A DNA stretch of 64,000 nt from Phoronis australis (lineage: Eukaryota; Animalia; Phoronida), in the NCBI GenBank assembly GCA_002633005.1, contig NMRA01000014.1:1902960-1966959 (forward strand). The letters are read 5' to 3'. Positions 10,901 through 22,600 of the stretch are shown here, piece after piece. Position 1 is the first letter of the stretch. The number at the start of each line of letters is the position of its first letter. Below the pieces are notes generated by a model, which saw only the letters and a program-made list of their open reading frames with translations, was not told the origin of the DNA and made no database searches. The position numbers and the translations under genes are program-made.

Positions 10901-13900
10901 ATTCATCTAGTGGATTGGTAATAGCCTAAAATTAGAACAACTCAGTGCTCATCCATTTGATGAGTGCGCTGTTATCTTCCTGTTGTTGAACACAACTGAC
11001 TAATGGTCTACTGCTCGACTCTAAGCTTTTGTTGCATATTTATGAGTGCAATCGTTTTCAGGTAATATTAATTTACATGGATTCTGGATATTTAGAATCA
11101 GTTTAATGCCAGTTACTTAATGGAAAAAACTGGTTCTCAAAATGCATTACCCGTGCAAGTAACTAATACTCTCTTTCATACACTATGGTTGGTGCTTCCT
11201 GACTACAGTGTCGTTTAAGTGACCTTAATTAAGGAAGTCATGATTAATGTCCTCCTATTCTAATGCAGGTTTGCCGAGGATTTTACCTCCTTTCCCGAGA
11301 CTTGACACTGTGGAAAATGGCGTGTGCTCAGTGAGTATATATCATTCTTTGTGGCGTGGTGGTGAAATTCCCCATTACACAACTGTAAGGTTGTGTGTGT
11401 GATTCCACATCCTGACCAGGGTTGTCTTGTTACCCTCAGTAGAGTGTTCTTTGAATAACCACAACCTCCTCATATTGGTCCCTGTCTTACTAAGGAAAAT
11501 GAAAAATTAGAGAACCATCCGGCTCTAAATTGGATGCTGGTTAGTTTACGTGAAGGTTGTTTTAAGGCAAATCGTGAAGCATTTTATTTAATGAATTAAT
11601 ATGCATTATATAAGCTGTGACTGTGATTGAGGCTAGGCATGTGCCAGCTATGATGGAATTGTGCAAGAGCTCAGATTTTAATTTCTTTTGTGATTGTTAT
11701 CTGCAATAAATAACTTTTAGCAGCAGATATTAGACTACTGTACTGTTGTTAGATTTGCTAATAGTCATTTGCAGTGGTCTTGGATTTTGAGAACCAGTTC
11801 AATGCCTGTCTTTCAGTGGAGAAAACTGGTTCTCAGCCATTCACCAGAACCCTAAGTTCTCATGTCAAGTGCAGAGATTTATTGTCAGCATTTGTTTAAG
11901 TCCTCTCTGGTCATGGTGATGTTTATTTACTTCAACCACTTGTTAGGATACTCAAGTGACTGCCATGTAATCCCCAGCATCATGACATATTTGTGAAGTT
12001 CAATGAAAGTATTTGTGTTTTGTTGCTACCAAGTTGAGCTGTCGAGTCCTAAAAGATCTGAGATTGGATCCTCCGGAAGTCATTTAATTTTTGCTTTTCC
12101 TCCACTCAAGAATTGACCTATTACAAGCTCCGCCCCCTTATGAAATGTTGACAAACAAACGGAGTTTTACCCGGCAACGTGTTGTTTGTCGGGTAGCTAA
12201 GAATGGCAGCTTGGAAACGAGGGTGTGTCAAGAGTGCTTTGTTCTGATTGATCATTTCATCCGTCACTCAAAATCTTGGCGATAGGTCAATTGTATGGTG
12301 GCTGTTTATTACTCCCTCACCTGACTCTGTCCATTTCCGTAAATGTCACATACTCATATGTTGTAGAGTATGGCGTCGGAAAGAACTGAAGCTGTCAGCT
12401 CAGTTTTCGTCATGGCGAGATATGTACTTGAATAAACAGCGACTGAACTTTGATGGCGTCTACATTAGCCGCGCCTCCTATTTCCGCACATTTGAGAATG
12501 AATATGGCTGCATCAGTCACAACTCCTGGCATTTTTTTGTGTTCTTTAGATACGCGAGATTTTTCCCCAGCGGTAAGTAATTTTGATTCTTGCACACTGT
12601 TAGTCCAGATGACTAGATGACTATCACTAGTAAGATACTGATGCGCTGCACATAGCGTATTTCGGCCACAAATTGCAGTCAGCATGGTTTCTGAAATTTT
12701 GTCAAATGTTTGATAAAATTTCATTTTTTGTTTTTGTTTTCAAGTTTTCACAACACCTGCTCGTTGAGAAACTACATTTTGACTAAAATATGTTTCTGTG
12801 GAAGAGTGCATTCCTTAAGCAACTGGCTCTCTGGATATTGCACGAACATGTTCTCAAGCAACTGGGGGACTTGCACACATGTGTGGGTTTTAGTGATGTT
12901 GCTACACTATTTCCATGCATTCTGGTCCTACTTTTTGCCATCCTTGTTATACATGCGCTGGTTTGTGAAACAGTATTTCAAGTATCTTTACGCAATAGCT
13001 CTTACTGGTTTATCCCATGAAAATTTGATGGCAGTGATTTGACACTAAACTTAGCATTACTGCACTCCATCGGACAACCTCTTGTGTTTGACAAGAAAAA
13101 GGCTACTAAGTAATTACTGTTGCGAGTTTGGTGACAGCCATTTGAACATTGACTTCTTAACCGTGTGGGGGTGGCGATGTCCTAAGGTCAATTTATATCT
13201 AAACTCTATTAGTTCATGCCCACCTAACTCTGGGCATTTTTCGTGTCAGTGTAAGAATACGAGAGGTTGGGGTATATATTTCAGAATTTACGAAGCTGTC
13301 GGTGTTTGTGCAATCTCATGTGGGTGAACAACAGCTTTCATAGAATATTTGATTATGCAGGTCATGTTATCATGTTGACAACACCACAGGAGCCTGTTAA
13401 CATAGTGTCAAAGTTGCGATACAAATCAATGACCATGGAGGGACTGCAGTACGGCCACTATACAGTTAAAGGAGATGAGGTACGTAGTGGCTAGTCTTAA
13501 TTCACTTTGGAAGTACGTTACTGTAGTGCCTTACAAGTTGTATTACGTCATGTGACAATGAAACAGTAAGGGTGTACATGTTTTTCTGGTATCTGTGCAT
13601 CAAGGCTAAAGGAGATTATATGAATGGGCAACCTCAAATTAATTACTGTAGGTGGCGCTAGTGCAACAACAGCCCTACCTGCAGAAGTGTAATAATTCTG
13701 GTATGCAGTTGTGTGGGACTTAAATCCCACATATGCCCTATGCTAATGAACTGCTTCCTGTGCTCTCAACCTATTCCCATATTAAAAATAATAACTTATA
13801 TTAGCTCCACTTGATGAATAGAAAGGGTCTTGCTCAGTCTTTAAATGCTGTCCAAGATAATATACCATTTGATCAAGAATGATATCTAACCCATTCACTG

Positions 13901-16795
13901 ACTAAGACCCTCAGAGTTAGGATGGAAACGTCCAAGTCTCCTCAGTGAGTCAGTTTGCCACAACAAGACTGCCACTTGAGTTTCTAATATTCAAACCTGA
14001 TGATGGATCTGCATGTAAACTGGACCAGTTACACTTTATCTAGTCTGTGCTTACTGTGTATGTTAACTTCCCAGTACACCCATCTATTTTGCACATTTCA
14101 TTGTCCAATCACTAGCATTTGACTGAGACAGGCTACTGCAGCTGTAAAGATGGCCTCAAGTTGTACCTCACTTAGTTAAAGTAATTTCTTACCTTTGGAA
14201 GAACTGACGAGTCATTACTGAAGACTGAAGCCAATGCAATAGAGTTGACAGGAACACTTATTGCTCGTGGCTAAAGCAATATGGCTGCCGTTCAGTTGAA
14301 CCCAATTAAGCTGTTTCTGAGACAGAGAAATAGATTAAGTTACTAGGCACTGCAATGATGCATTCAAACTTTGATGCGTGTTTTCCATTGCCTCAGTAGA
14401 GTCAATGAATTTCCTTGCCTACAGCTTTTCAACAAATAGAAGGTCCCTAATAATGTTCCTTAACTTCAGGTCCATGTGACCGTCAAGTACAACCGTCGGC
14501 AGGAACCCAAGAGCTCATACAAGCACAAGCGAAAGCAATACGATTTTGATTCTGGAGAGAATACATTCCATGCTGTGAGTCAGTTTGCCTTGTTTTTTAT
14601 CTTTTCAAAACCTGTCTACAAACTACTATTTAAATCTGTACATCGCCCTTTTCAGCTGATTAAAAAACAAAACTTGAATTCGTGGCTTTACTGTCTTAAA
14701 ATTTGTCTCATTAATTCTTTGTCCTTTGCCAATTTAAATCACAGGTTATGCCTACGAACGCCATTTTCGAATTCGCAATTTTAGGGTTGTCCAACCCTAA
14801 TAAACTCTGAAGCACATTCTTGAGTTGCTGATGGTTTTGATGTTCTTGTTGACAACAGATTCTGACATAAAATCCCATCTCAGAAAGCCCTATCATGAGA
14901 CTGATTTTATGAGAGTGCGAAGCCTAAGCCAATTAGTCGCTTAGTAACTGTTTAGGGTAAAATGCATCTTTAATAATAACCATGCTAGGTTGTTATAAGT
15001 CAATAAACTGTAATAGTTGTTCGAAATTGAATTGACGGAAATAACAAATATTAAATTTGTGTTAAGTAACTGAAGTTGATAGTTTTTGTCATTACAAGTT
15101 GGTAATAAAACTGTACTGTGAATGCTAAAATATGGTTACAGTACGTAAGTATAAATAGCAAAATTGTTGTTATTAACTGCAATGCAAACTCACTGGAGTC
15201 ATGATTTGTTTGGATTTTTTTCATTTTTCTGTTATCAAATGCATTGAATGGGTTTTATTAGATTTAATGTGACAGACTTCAACAGAACTCTCGACTGGCA
15301 AACTATATTGACATGACACTTTGATGCACTTTGTCACAAAAGTATTCCAAGAGAGCGCTGCTGTTAACTCACTTAGTCCTTCTTGCAATTATCCTCTTTT
15401 TCTTTAGCCAAAGTAAGCAGTGAAACAGATGTACAAAAAGTAATTTAAAACAGTGATTTGACAAAATTTAGCCAGAATTAAACCTGATACACCAATATCG
15501 CTGTAAGATATTTAGCCTCACTTTTGTACAGTGTAGCTTGACACTTTGTCAATGTTTACATTGTTCAGTTTATTGTAAAAGCTACTTGTATAGTGCCTTT
15601 TGATAATCTGTTTGAATCTTCCGTATACAGACTTTTACACTCAAGTCCAACGTCCAGAATGGTACATCTCGGTTAGATTGGGCCAATTATCACATGGTCA
15701 CCAAGTACAGGTAAACGCATCTTATTTGAAGAAGATCCAGTTAATGAGGGTACCTTACATACTGAGGCATGGAAAATAAATCCTAGAAAAATTTCATTTT
15801 TGTTTTCTGAATAAAAGTTAATTATGTAACTCACCTTCTCATGATTTTCAACTGGTTAGCTGTAACCAGGGAATGAGTTGCAAGTGAATGTCGTAAATAA
15901 GTGCTTAAAATCAACAATTTCGTATCAAAAACACCATAAACCAACCCCACCAGTCGATCAACTTAGTATTTGACCACACTGTGACTCGTCACTTTTCTGC
16001 GGGACATCAGAGAAATGCGGGTACGGCACAAGTTTTTACAAGAAACTCGCGTGTTGATGGACATGACAGATAAGAACATTTTAATTTTCAATTTAATTTG
16101 CTTTTGTTCTGTTTTCTCGTTTTTTGGGGGAGTATTGAATTCACGATTGTGATATGCAGTGCTGTGAAGCATTCAGTTTTAATGATTATGACAAGAGTAT
16201 AGTCACTTTTCAAAACAAGGTAAAAGATGGTTTAAAGCACTTTAAATAGACATTGACAGAACCACTCATTTGCTCACCAATAAACCTTCATTTTTGTGCA
16301 ACTTGGCACTTGAAGCTTTAAAAATACTCTCCTTGTTAAACTATCCAAACATACCATTGAAAGGTATAACAATTCACAGTTCGCCTTTTTCTGTGTTAGC
16401 CAGTAGTTCGTAAAAAATTATATAGTTCACTGACCTATGCCTCTGTTCGGTGTTTTATTATAAATGTGGAGTAGAAATTAAGTTTGAAAACCCACGTAAA
16501 GTCGTCTCTGTCTTTTTTATGGTAACAGATTCGTTTAGAATATTTTATCGTAGTCCACATTTTTCACTACCAAATGTTGATTGTAATTATCTTTTCAAAA
16601 GAACAACAGTTACAGTAACTACCAATGAATATATTCTAGAAAGCTGCAATCTATAATTGTAGGAAAAGTCCCCCTTCCGTCACCCAATTTGATATACATG
16701 ACTCCAGACATCCACCGCTGCGATTTTCTCGAGTCCTCAGCTTCACCGCAGTGTCCGAAGAAATCCTCGACTTTCCATCCAAGGTCACCAACTGA
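4930..16795 (+). CDS. FBXO9: F-box only protein 9, 12 coding exons, 418 aa: join(4930-4932,6683-6838,7662-7719,9181-9310,9731-9833,10507-10608,11269-11330,12367-12572,13361-13479,14470-14574,15631-15710,16663-16795)
   Basis: All introns are GT-AG with consistent phases and the spliced frame is open (1257 nt). Hallmark FBXO9 segments: [51 protein letters not shown]-box [85 protein letters not shown]. Confidence 0.93.
5985..6295 (+). repeat. Dispersed repeat (non-autonomous element fragment) in FBXO9 intron 1; second copy at 32775-33090
   Basis: Colinear ~300-bp similarity, e.g. atgcttcatc..gatatgtatagaa, tgaagaaag.aag, ttgtag.ccct.a.cagcca.ccgag.ggcta..tgttgcc.aatg. Confidence 0.75.
6683..6838 (+). 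CDS. FBXO9: FBXO9 exon 2
   Basis: tttgttag| SGAGVDSS...[12 protein letters not shown]...EKT |gttttt (weak donor). Confidence 0.8.
7662..7719 (+). CDS. FBXO9: FBXO9 exon 3
   Basis: tttcag| [19 protein letters not shown] |gtgtgt. Confidence 0.88.
8729..9048 (+). repeat. Minisatellite, 6 x 53 bp, FBXO9 intron 3
   Basis: Unit ctcaaaatccagtacccctgtaaatgactactgcccttttctcagtcattcac starts at 8729, 8782, 8835, 8888, 8941 and 8994. Confidence 0.97.
9181..9310 (+). CDS. FBXO9: FBXO9 exon 4
   Basis: cacag| [19 protein letters not shown]... |gtgaga. Confidence 0.9.
9731..9833 (+). CDS. FBXO9: FBXO9 exon 5
   Basis: ttccag| [19 protein letters not shown]...EQR |gtaaga. Confidence 0.85.
10507..10608 (+). 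CDS. FBXO9: FBXO9 exon 6 (F-box)
   Basis: cacag| [34 protein letters not shown] |gtaagt. Confidence 0.93.
11269..11330 (+). CDS. FBXO9: FBXO9 exon 7
   Basis: tgcag| [20 protein letters not shown] |gtgagt. Confidence 0.92.
11350..11490 (+). mobile_element. Decayed tRNA-derived SINE fragment
   Basis: A-box-like TGGCGTGGTGG, a degenerate B-box region, then a CORE-like gtgttctttgaataaccacaacctc. Confidence 0.35.
12367..12572 (+). CDS. FBXO9: FBXO9 exon 8
   Basis: tgtag| VWRRKE...[25 protein letters not shown]...RFFPS |gtaagt. Confidence 0.92.
13361..13479 (+). CDS. FBXO9: FBXO9 exon 9
   Basis: tgcag| [20 protein letters not shown]...GHYTVKGDE |gtacgt. Confidence 0.9.
14470..14574 (+). CDS. 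FBXO9: FBXO9 exon 10
   Basis: ttcag| [14 protein letters not shown]...ENTFHA |gtgagt. Confidence 0.87.
15631..15710 (+). CDS. FBXO9: FBXO9 exon 11
   Basis: tacag| [26 protein letters not shown] |gtaaac. Confidence 0.85.
16663..16795 (+). CDS. FBXO9: FBXO9 exon 12 (terminal coding exon)
   Basis: tgtag| [43 protein letters not shown]. Confidence 0.88.
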
Positions 16796-18458
16796 TAACT
16801 CGGGGATTATTGGCTCCAGTGTTGTGATGAACTGACCATGAAAGCTTTAATCCATATTCTGTTGACCATCATGAAACATAGAGCAGTTTTCACAAGACAG
16901 GGAAACAAAGTGTAACTGGCTGATAGGAAAGAGGCTGTCTGTATGTTATTTGTTGTGGATTTTTGTATTTTCAATGAATCCCTTTAGCAATCTTGAAAGT
17001 ACACACAATTTCCAAAGTGGTTGAGATTCGCATTGCTCGTGGGAGTGGTATGTGTTCGGCCTCTAATCAGTAGATTGAACCTGTTGTGAAAGAAAGTCCT
17101 TTGAAAGCTATGCATCCAATTTATACTTGGTGTTCTATATTGCGGGTTGTTTTTATGAACCATCTTTCCTCTTTGTTTGATTTTTAATATGTTTATTCAT
17201 GTACGAGCCTTCTAATTGTGGATTTCCTGCAAAAAGTATTTTAAGTGTATTGTGTGATAACCCAAAAAAATCTGTAACAAGTGAGAGTTGTTCCAGTCTT
17301 AAATGACCACATTGTCAGTGGCATCCTTAGTCGTACGCTAGCATATTCTTTGGTTATTTAAGTCCTGAATTTTTGTTGCCCCAAGATGAGGAGTTGGTAT
17401 GGTTATGTTGCTTATAAATGTTAAGTTATTTCAAGGATCAAGGGCCACTGTGCTGCTAAGAAATATCTTTTGTGTTACAAAACGGTGTGTTAAGTCCCAA
17501 ATTAAGTGTACATTGGGGGCAATTAATTACACAGTTCCGCCAGACGCAGGGGTCAAGACATCTGTGCTCACAAGTGCAAACTTAGGACTTGTGTATTGTG
17601 CTGCTTTAAAGTGAATGGTGAAGAAATTGAGTGCAGTTAATTATGTTGGTGTTAGGGAAAATTAATAACTGTTTTTTGCCCAGGTTGAATTTTGTAAGAT
17701 ACGGCTGAAGTAGATCATCTACAAGTTGCGATGTTTTCAATAGGTTGAAATGAAAATAAATTTCCATAAAGCATCGGAAATAACTTTGGAGATCTTACTT
17801 CAGTTTATGGGTTAGATATGTCAATCTAATTGATTGGCGAATGTAAATTAATCCTATTGATACTATAAAACTGTTTTGATCCAACTCTTATATAAGTTTT
17901 TCGTGTTTTGATTCGGGTAGTTATATTTTCAAGTTTAGTTTATATTATATAAAACTGTTTTCAACACTTCCTTATAAGTTTGGATTGTAATAGTTTTCAA
18001 TCATTGACCATGGGAGTCTTTGAACTGGCATGTTAATATCTGGGAGTAATATACATATTGGTCCTAGGTTAATATTAACCACGCTCAGTTAGTGTTGAAT
18101 ATATACCTCCTGTGCCGCATCGGGATGAAGTTTTTTCAGAGAGTCTGGTTTGTTGATTATGATTGTGCACTGTGTAGTGACCGTTTTTCTGTTTAGCTTT
18201 ACAACAAGCACTGGATGATTCCTCTGCTGTGTATTTTCCATTTATTTGTTTTTACATTGTTTAAAGGCGCAAAACATATCGGACATCTCCGCAGTTTTGA
18301 ATGTTAACACACCAAAGATTGAATTAGACCACTCACTTTGATATATAAACTGAATAGACTCCATTTCCTGGCTTCCTGGGATTTTCTGATTTTAGAAGAT
18401 CCTGAGTTACCTTCTCAATATACATTCAAAGCAGTTTCCAGAAAAGTTATTGTGATCA

Positions 18459-18767
18459 CGTGCTTCGCTTGTATTGCACGGCGACATCTCACGCTTTCAC
18501 GACTTTCCAGCGTCTGCGGAATGTAGGACTGGTTTGGAGGCGTTCTGTTGAACTTACTGCTGGTGTCCCTGTGAGGGTGACCGCGGCATAAAAACACACG
18601 TGTGTCTGCCTTTCGGCAGGCTCTCAGCCGAATACTAAATGGTGTTCAACACTACCTCACCAGTCGCTTGTTTTGTGCGTTTGACTCTTATTTTCGTGTG
18701 TTTGTCTCAACCTTTCGAGACGACTTTTGCCAGTTGACTGTTCAGTAGTGAAGAGTGACTACATGTA
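18459..18767. ncRNA. Candidate structured RNA element of unknown family (downstream of, or within the 3'UTR of, FBXO9)
   Basis: GC-rich island with a long interrupted stem (18527-18553 pairing with 18644-18665) enclosing four hairpins, plus flanking hairpins. See findings. Confidence 0.45.
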
Positions 18768-18879
18768 GAGTAGGGGTAGGTGTCCACCCTGGTTATGTTC
18801 TTGGTTTGTTGGAAGTAATTCAAGGTTAGCTATATCATGACTATCATGTGCTCTCGAGTCGGTCGTTATGAAAGCGGGC

Positions 18880-19126
18880 CACGGTGAAGTTAAGGCTGTT
18901 TAACCATTTAAACCAACCCCCCTTTAGCAAAGTGAGCGTAAAAAGGTCCGCCTCAGAGAAACAAAAAGTCCAAGAAAACGAGACCAAAGTCCACAGGAAT
19001 TCAGCGCGAATGCAAAATTCATAGGACTGAACGCAGTACACCGTTTTTTAGTCCCCGTTTTTTAGTAAAAAGTCCACATACTGAAGAATTTGAGCCTTCC
19101 TATATTTTAGGCTGGGTGCGCGCATG
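18880..19126 (+). mobile_element. MITE, CATGCGCGCACCCAG-TIR family, copy with degenerate 5' end
   Basis: Ends tatattttaggctgggtgcgcgcatg; body is colinear with the copy at 37407-37664. Confidence 0.7.
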
Positions 19127-19644
19127 TAAACCATGGTTTAACCCGCCACCGCTGTTGGCGACCTTGCTACATACTTGGGTACGAACGTCGTTGTCAAGCA
19201 GACAGAATCTACTCAGTGCCTTGGTCACGATTAACTTAGTTGAGCGGTAATTAATCTTTTATTATATAGTAACTTAACACAATGTGGTTGTTTTGTTTTG
19301 TGGACATACATGTAGGCCTATGATGATCATGTCGCGAGTAGCCAGTTTACGGAAGTTAGAAATAGGTGGTTTTCTACTAACTATTTTAGTAGTTGTAGAT
19401 TTGTGCTCTAGTGTTAAGGTCTGTGGTGTCTTCTCTGCCAAACTGGAGAATCACGTGATTTAAATGCCATCTGTGCGGGACATTGTCTTAAGTTCTTCAA
19501 ACAACATGGAGGAAGTGACCTCTGTCGGAGGTTGTCGCATATTACTGTTTGTGGAATGTGTAAGGTTACAATATTGTTTGGAAGAGGTGTATTGTCATCG
19601 TGGGATTTACTATTATTTTGTTATTATGCAAGTGTTAACTTTCA

Positions 19645-19650
19645 AATAAA
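19645..19650 (+). terminator. Candidate distal polyadenylation signal of FBXO9 (a proximal AATAAA is at 17755-17760)
   Basis: AATAAA followed by GT/T-rich sequence, at the end of the T-rich tract downstream of the stop codon. Confidence 0.4.
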
Positions 19651-22600
19651 TATGTTGGTATGTTGATTCTCTACTTATCTATTTATGATTAAATGATTTA
19701 TTTGTACACATGGGGCCATCAGTACAAAGTGCAACATATAAACAAGCCGGTGTGCACAGTTGTCAGTTACGCACAAGGTCTTCCTCGTGTTTGCCATACA
19801 CACGTTTCACAACTGAGGTGTCAGGTTTACTTGCAAGCTCATCAAATTTAAACAAAGAAGGGCTGTCCACATGCGCGTACTTAAAAACTTAGCTCCAATT
19901 CAGAGAAAGCGTTGTAAGCTAGCAAAAAATACATTCATCCTCGATGCAACTCCTCGAGCATAATAACCACGTCTTTATATACAGCCACTTCTCTCGGCCA
20001 CTTTTGTGGTTTACAAAGCGAAGGCGTGTAAAACATGATTGCACAAACAATTTTGGAAGGCAATTTCTAAATAGTTTTTTTGTTCACTGGCAAATGCTAC
20101 CTTTGACTTTTTATAGGAGTTGAGTTGAGAATTCGATTCAATATCGGACTAACACTTTTCTGAAGCACAGGCCTTAAAGGAGAATGCCACCCAAAAACAA
20201 CCTATCTTGTATCAATTTAGATCGAGTAGTTTCTATTCGATAACGGCACGTTCGTTTGCGTTACCTGACGGCAGACACAGGTGTTGAATTTATCCAATGA
20301 CGTAATTGGTTTCACACGCAGTCTCAGTGTTCAGCACTCACAATCACAGGTAACTGGTGTCTGCTTATCGCTTGAATTCATCGTTTAACACCATTAAATC
20401 ATCAATTATCGATGTAAAGTCCTTAAAAATACACCGAGTTCTTATGAAATTGTGTTGTTTATTTTGCTGTTACGGATTTAATGGTATTTGGACACACCGT
20501 AGCCTACAAACTTCGATTGGCCAATTTACCAAGGTAGCCAGAGTTTGGGGTCTGTTCGGAGATAAAGTAGAAGTATTTTTCCGTGAAATACAGACAGGAG
20601 AACCTAGATCTGTGTTGTTTAGACTTGTGATTTTTTGAGTTCTAAACACACAAAACGCTTGTTATCCCAGCCAGTGGCTAGGAAACCGATGAGGCCTGTC
20701 GCGGCCGGACTGACTCGTTATCCTGGCAAGTGCCTCGGAACCCGATCAGGCCCGTCGAGCCGCTAGGTCTGGCACGAACATAAAGAACATAAACCAGCTT
20801 GAGTTGGAAAAAATACCTCCAGTCACGAAAAGACTATTATAGTGAGCCAAAGAAATTATATGCACTTAACTATTTATGTGAATTCATAGCCACGACAGTA
20901 CTTGTCCGGGGCCGCGAAGTCGGGTTAACCTTCCACAGACCGTCATGGCCGCGTAAAGGTTGTACAGTAACAATGATCTGAAAAATATATTTTTTTATTT
21001 CTAATTAAAGACCCGGTCACTTACCTTTATTGCCGGCATCAAAAGCCGGTAAAGCAGTGGTTTATTCATTGCTGGCTTCTCAACATTTGCATTAACGAAT
21101 ATTGCAAAAACATTACAAATTGTTACTATCTAATGAGACAGACTTTGTTTCAGTTTTATATAAGAATTGCGGTTAGCCGGGATGAGAATAATTCATTTTG
21201 AAACAGAACGCAGAATAATAAACGTCTTGCAATGGCAACTCGCTCGGCGCTAATCCCGACGTAGTCGAGAGCTCATCCGACGAAGACTTCACAGGTCGGA
21301 TCGTTAGGTTTTACAGGCGCCGTGAACATACACAGGCAACGGAACTTATGGATAGTTCTTTGGTAAGCCGGAATTTGTCAGAGAAGTGACTGTCGACGAA
21401 GTGTCGGCCAGAGACACGGACTGTTTTACGGCCTCATGCTTGATATTATCAGCGTACCTTTCTTCACTACCGCGAGCCACTTCCTAAGCGATCGGGCTCT
21501 CGGGCAAACCCCCTCCCGACCTCCCCCCATTCGGTACTTTGTGCATCTACAATCGTGCTTTACGCAAATGTTTCACAGACAAAATGTTGGACCCCCCCTT
21601 GTGATATCCTATATCCGCCACTGAAATTTATAATTGATAATGAGAAAGTGTTAAAAATTAACTGAACGCCGCTTTTCACTTCATCCCACAAAGGAATAAC
21701 TGGCGCCTGGCCGAGTTTTGAATATCACCAAAGAACGGGATTTAAATGTAGAATTTTAAAAATGCATGTCATAGTGGCCTTTTTGCCTCTGTCAAAGTTA
21801 CTGATAAGTAGGCGTCAAATGGAGCATTTGATCACATGGTTAGTGTGATCTTTATCTAGAGCTTAAAATCAAAATGTAGGGGTACGACTTTCATCGATGA
21901 GGACGTCCTGTTAATATTTTCATATTATTATTTTTGAAAGCGGGACGGCCTCTTGACGTCAGTCCTTCATCTTGCTAATCACAACGAAACTCTGCCCAAA
22001 ATAAAATAATGTAAAAACCCGCTATGCTGCAAGTATTCTCCAAATTTTGACCAATTACATAATAACCACAAACTACCCTCAATTTGTCACATTTCCAAAC
22101 TTCTTGGTATATATTCCAATCTAGAAATTTAGATCTTCCCAAACACCCTAGATCAGTGTCAGCCCCATTTTCTGGTACTTGTTTGTCAGTCGTTAGCGGA
22201 ACCTTTTTTTTTCTTGTGGAATGCGTTTTAGTTGTATATTCATTATGTGCCCACAGAAATTTTGCATGTACATCATAATCGTCAACTTTGCTCTGGCGTC
22301 TATTTTCTCGAAAACGGGATAATGAGTGAATCTATGAAAGCCAGAATGTGGCGAGGATGTGACGGCACCATTCGACATACACTGTAATGTATCGTTACAC
22401 CTCTTGTTGGTCGTTTTAGCTCTGGACATGAAATTCGTGGAAAGCCAATAGTGTGGCAAAACGAACACGAATTTTGCCGAAATTTAACGCAGAGGAACAG
22501 CACCATTAACTATCCTAGTGCCCCCTGTTGGTCGTTTTAGTTTTAGACAAGAATTTCCTTGATAAATTATGTGGAAACCTTAGACATTCATGTAGGTATA

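Noticed and set aside
16793-16798. Selenocysteine read-through of the FBXO9 TGA
   Set aside because: TAA follows immediately, FBXO9 is not a known selenoprotein and no SECIS core was recognised.
18459-18790. Telomerase RNA, 7SK, TPP riboswitch, RNase P/MRP or H/ACA identity for the structured segment
   Set aside because: Only short coincidences (GGCUGAGA, AUUCGGCUGA, GGAAAGUC, a terminal ACA, CCUACCCCUAC). No CUAACCCU template with pseudoknot, no paired GAUC motifs, no H box, no CCUGAU core.
21230-21312. Second hammerhead relic or transposase N-terminus (SSDEDFTG)
   Set aside because: Both readings need several substitutions or a frameshift and neither extends; ambiguous.
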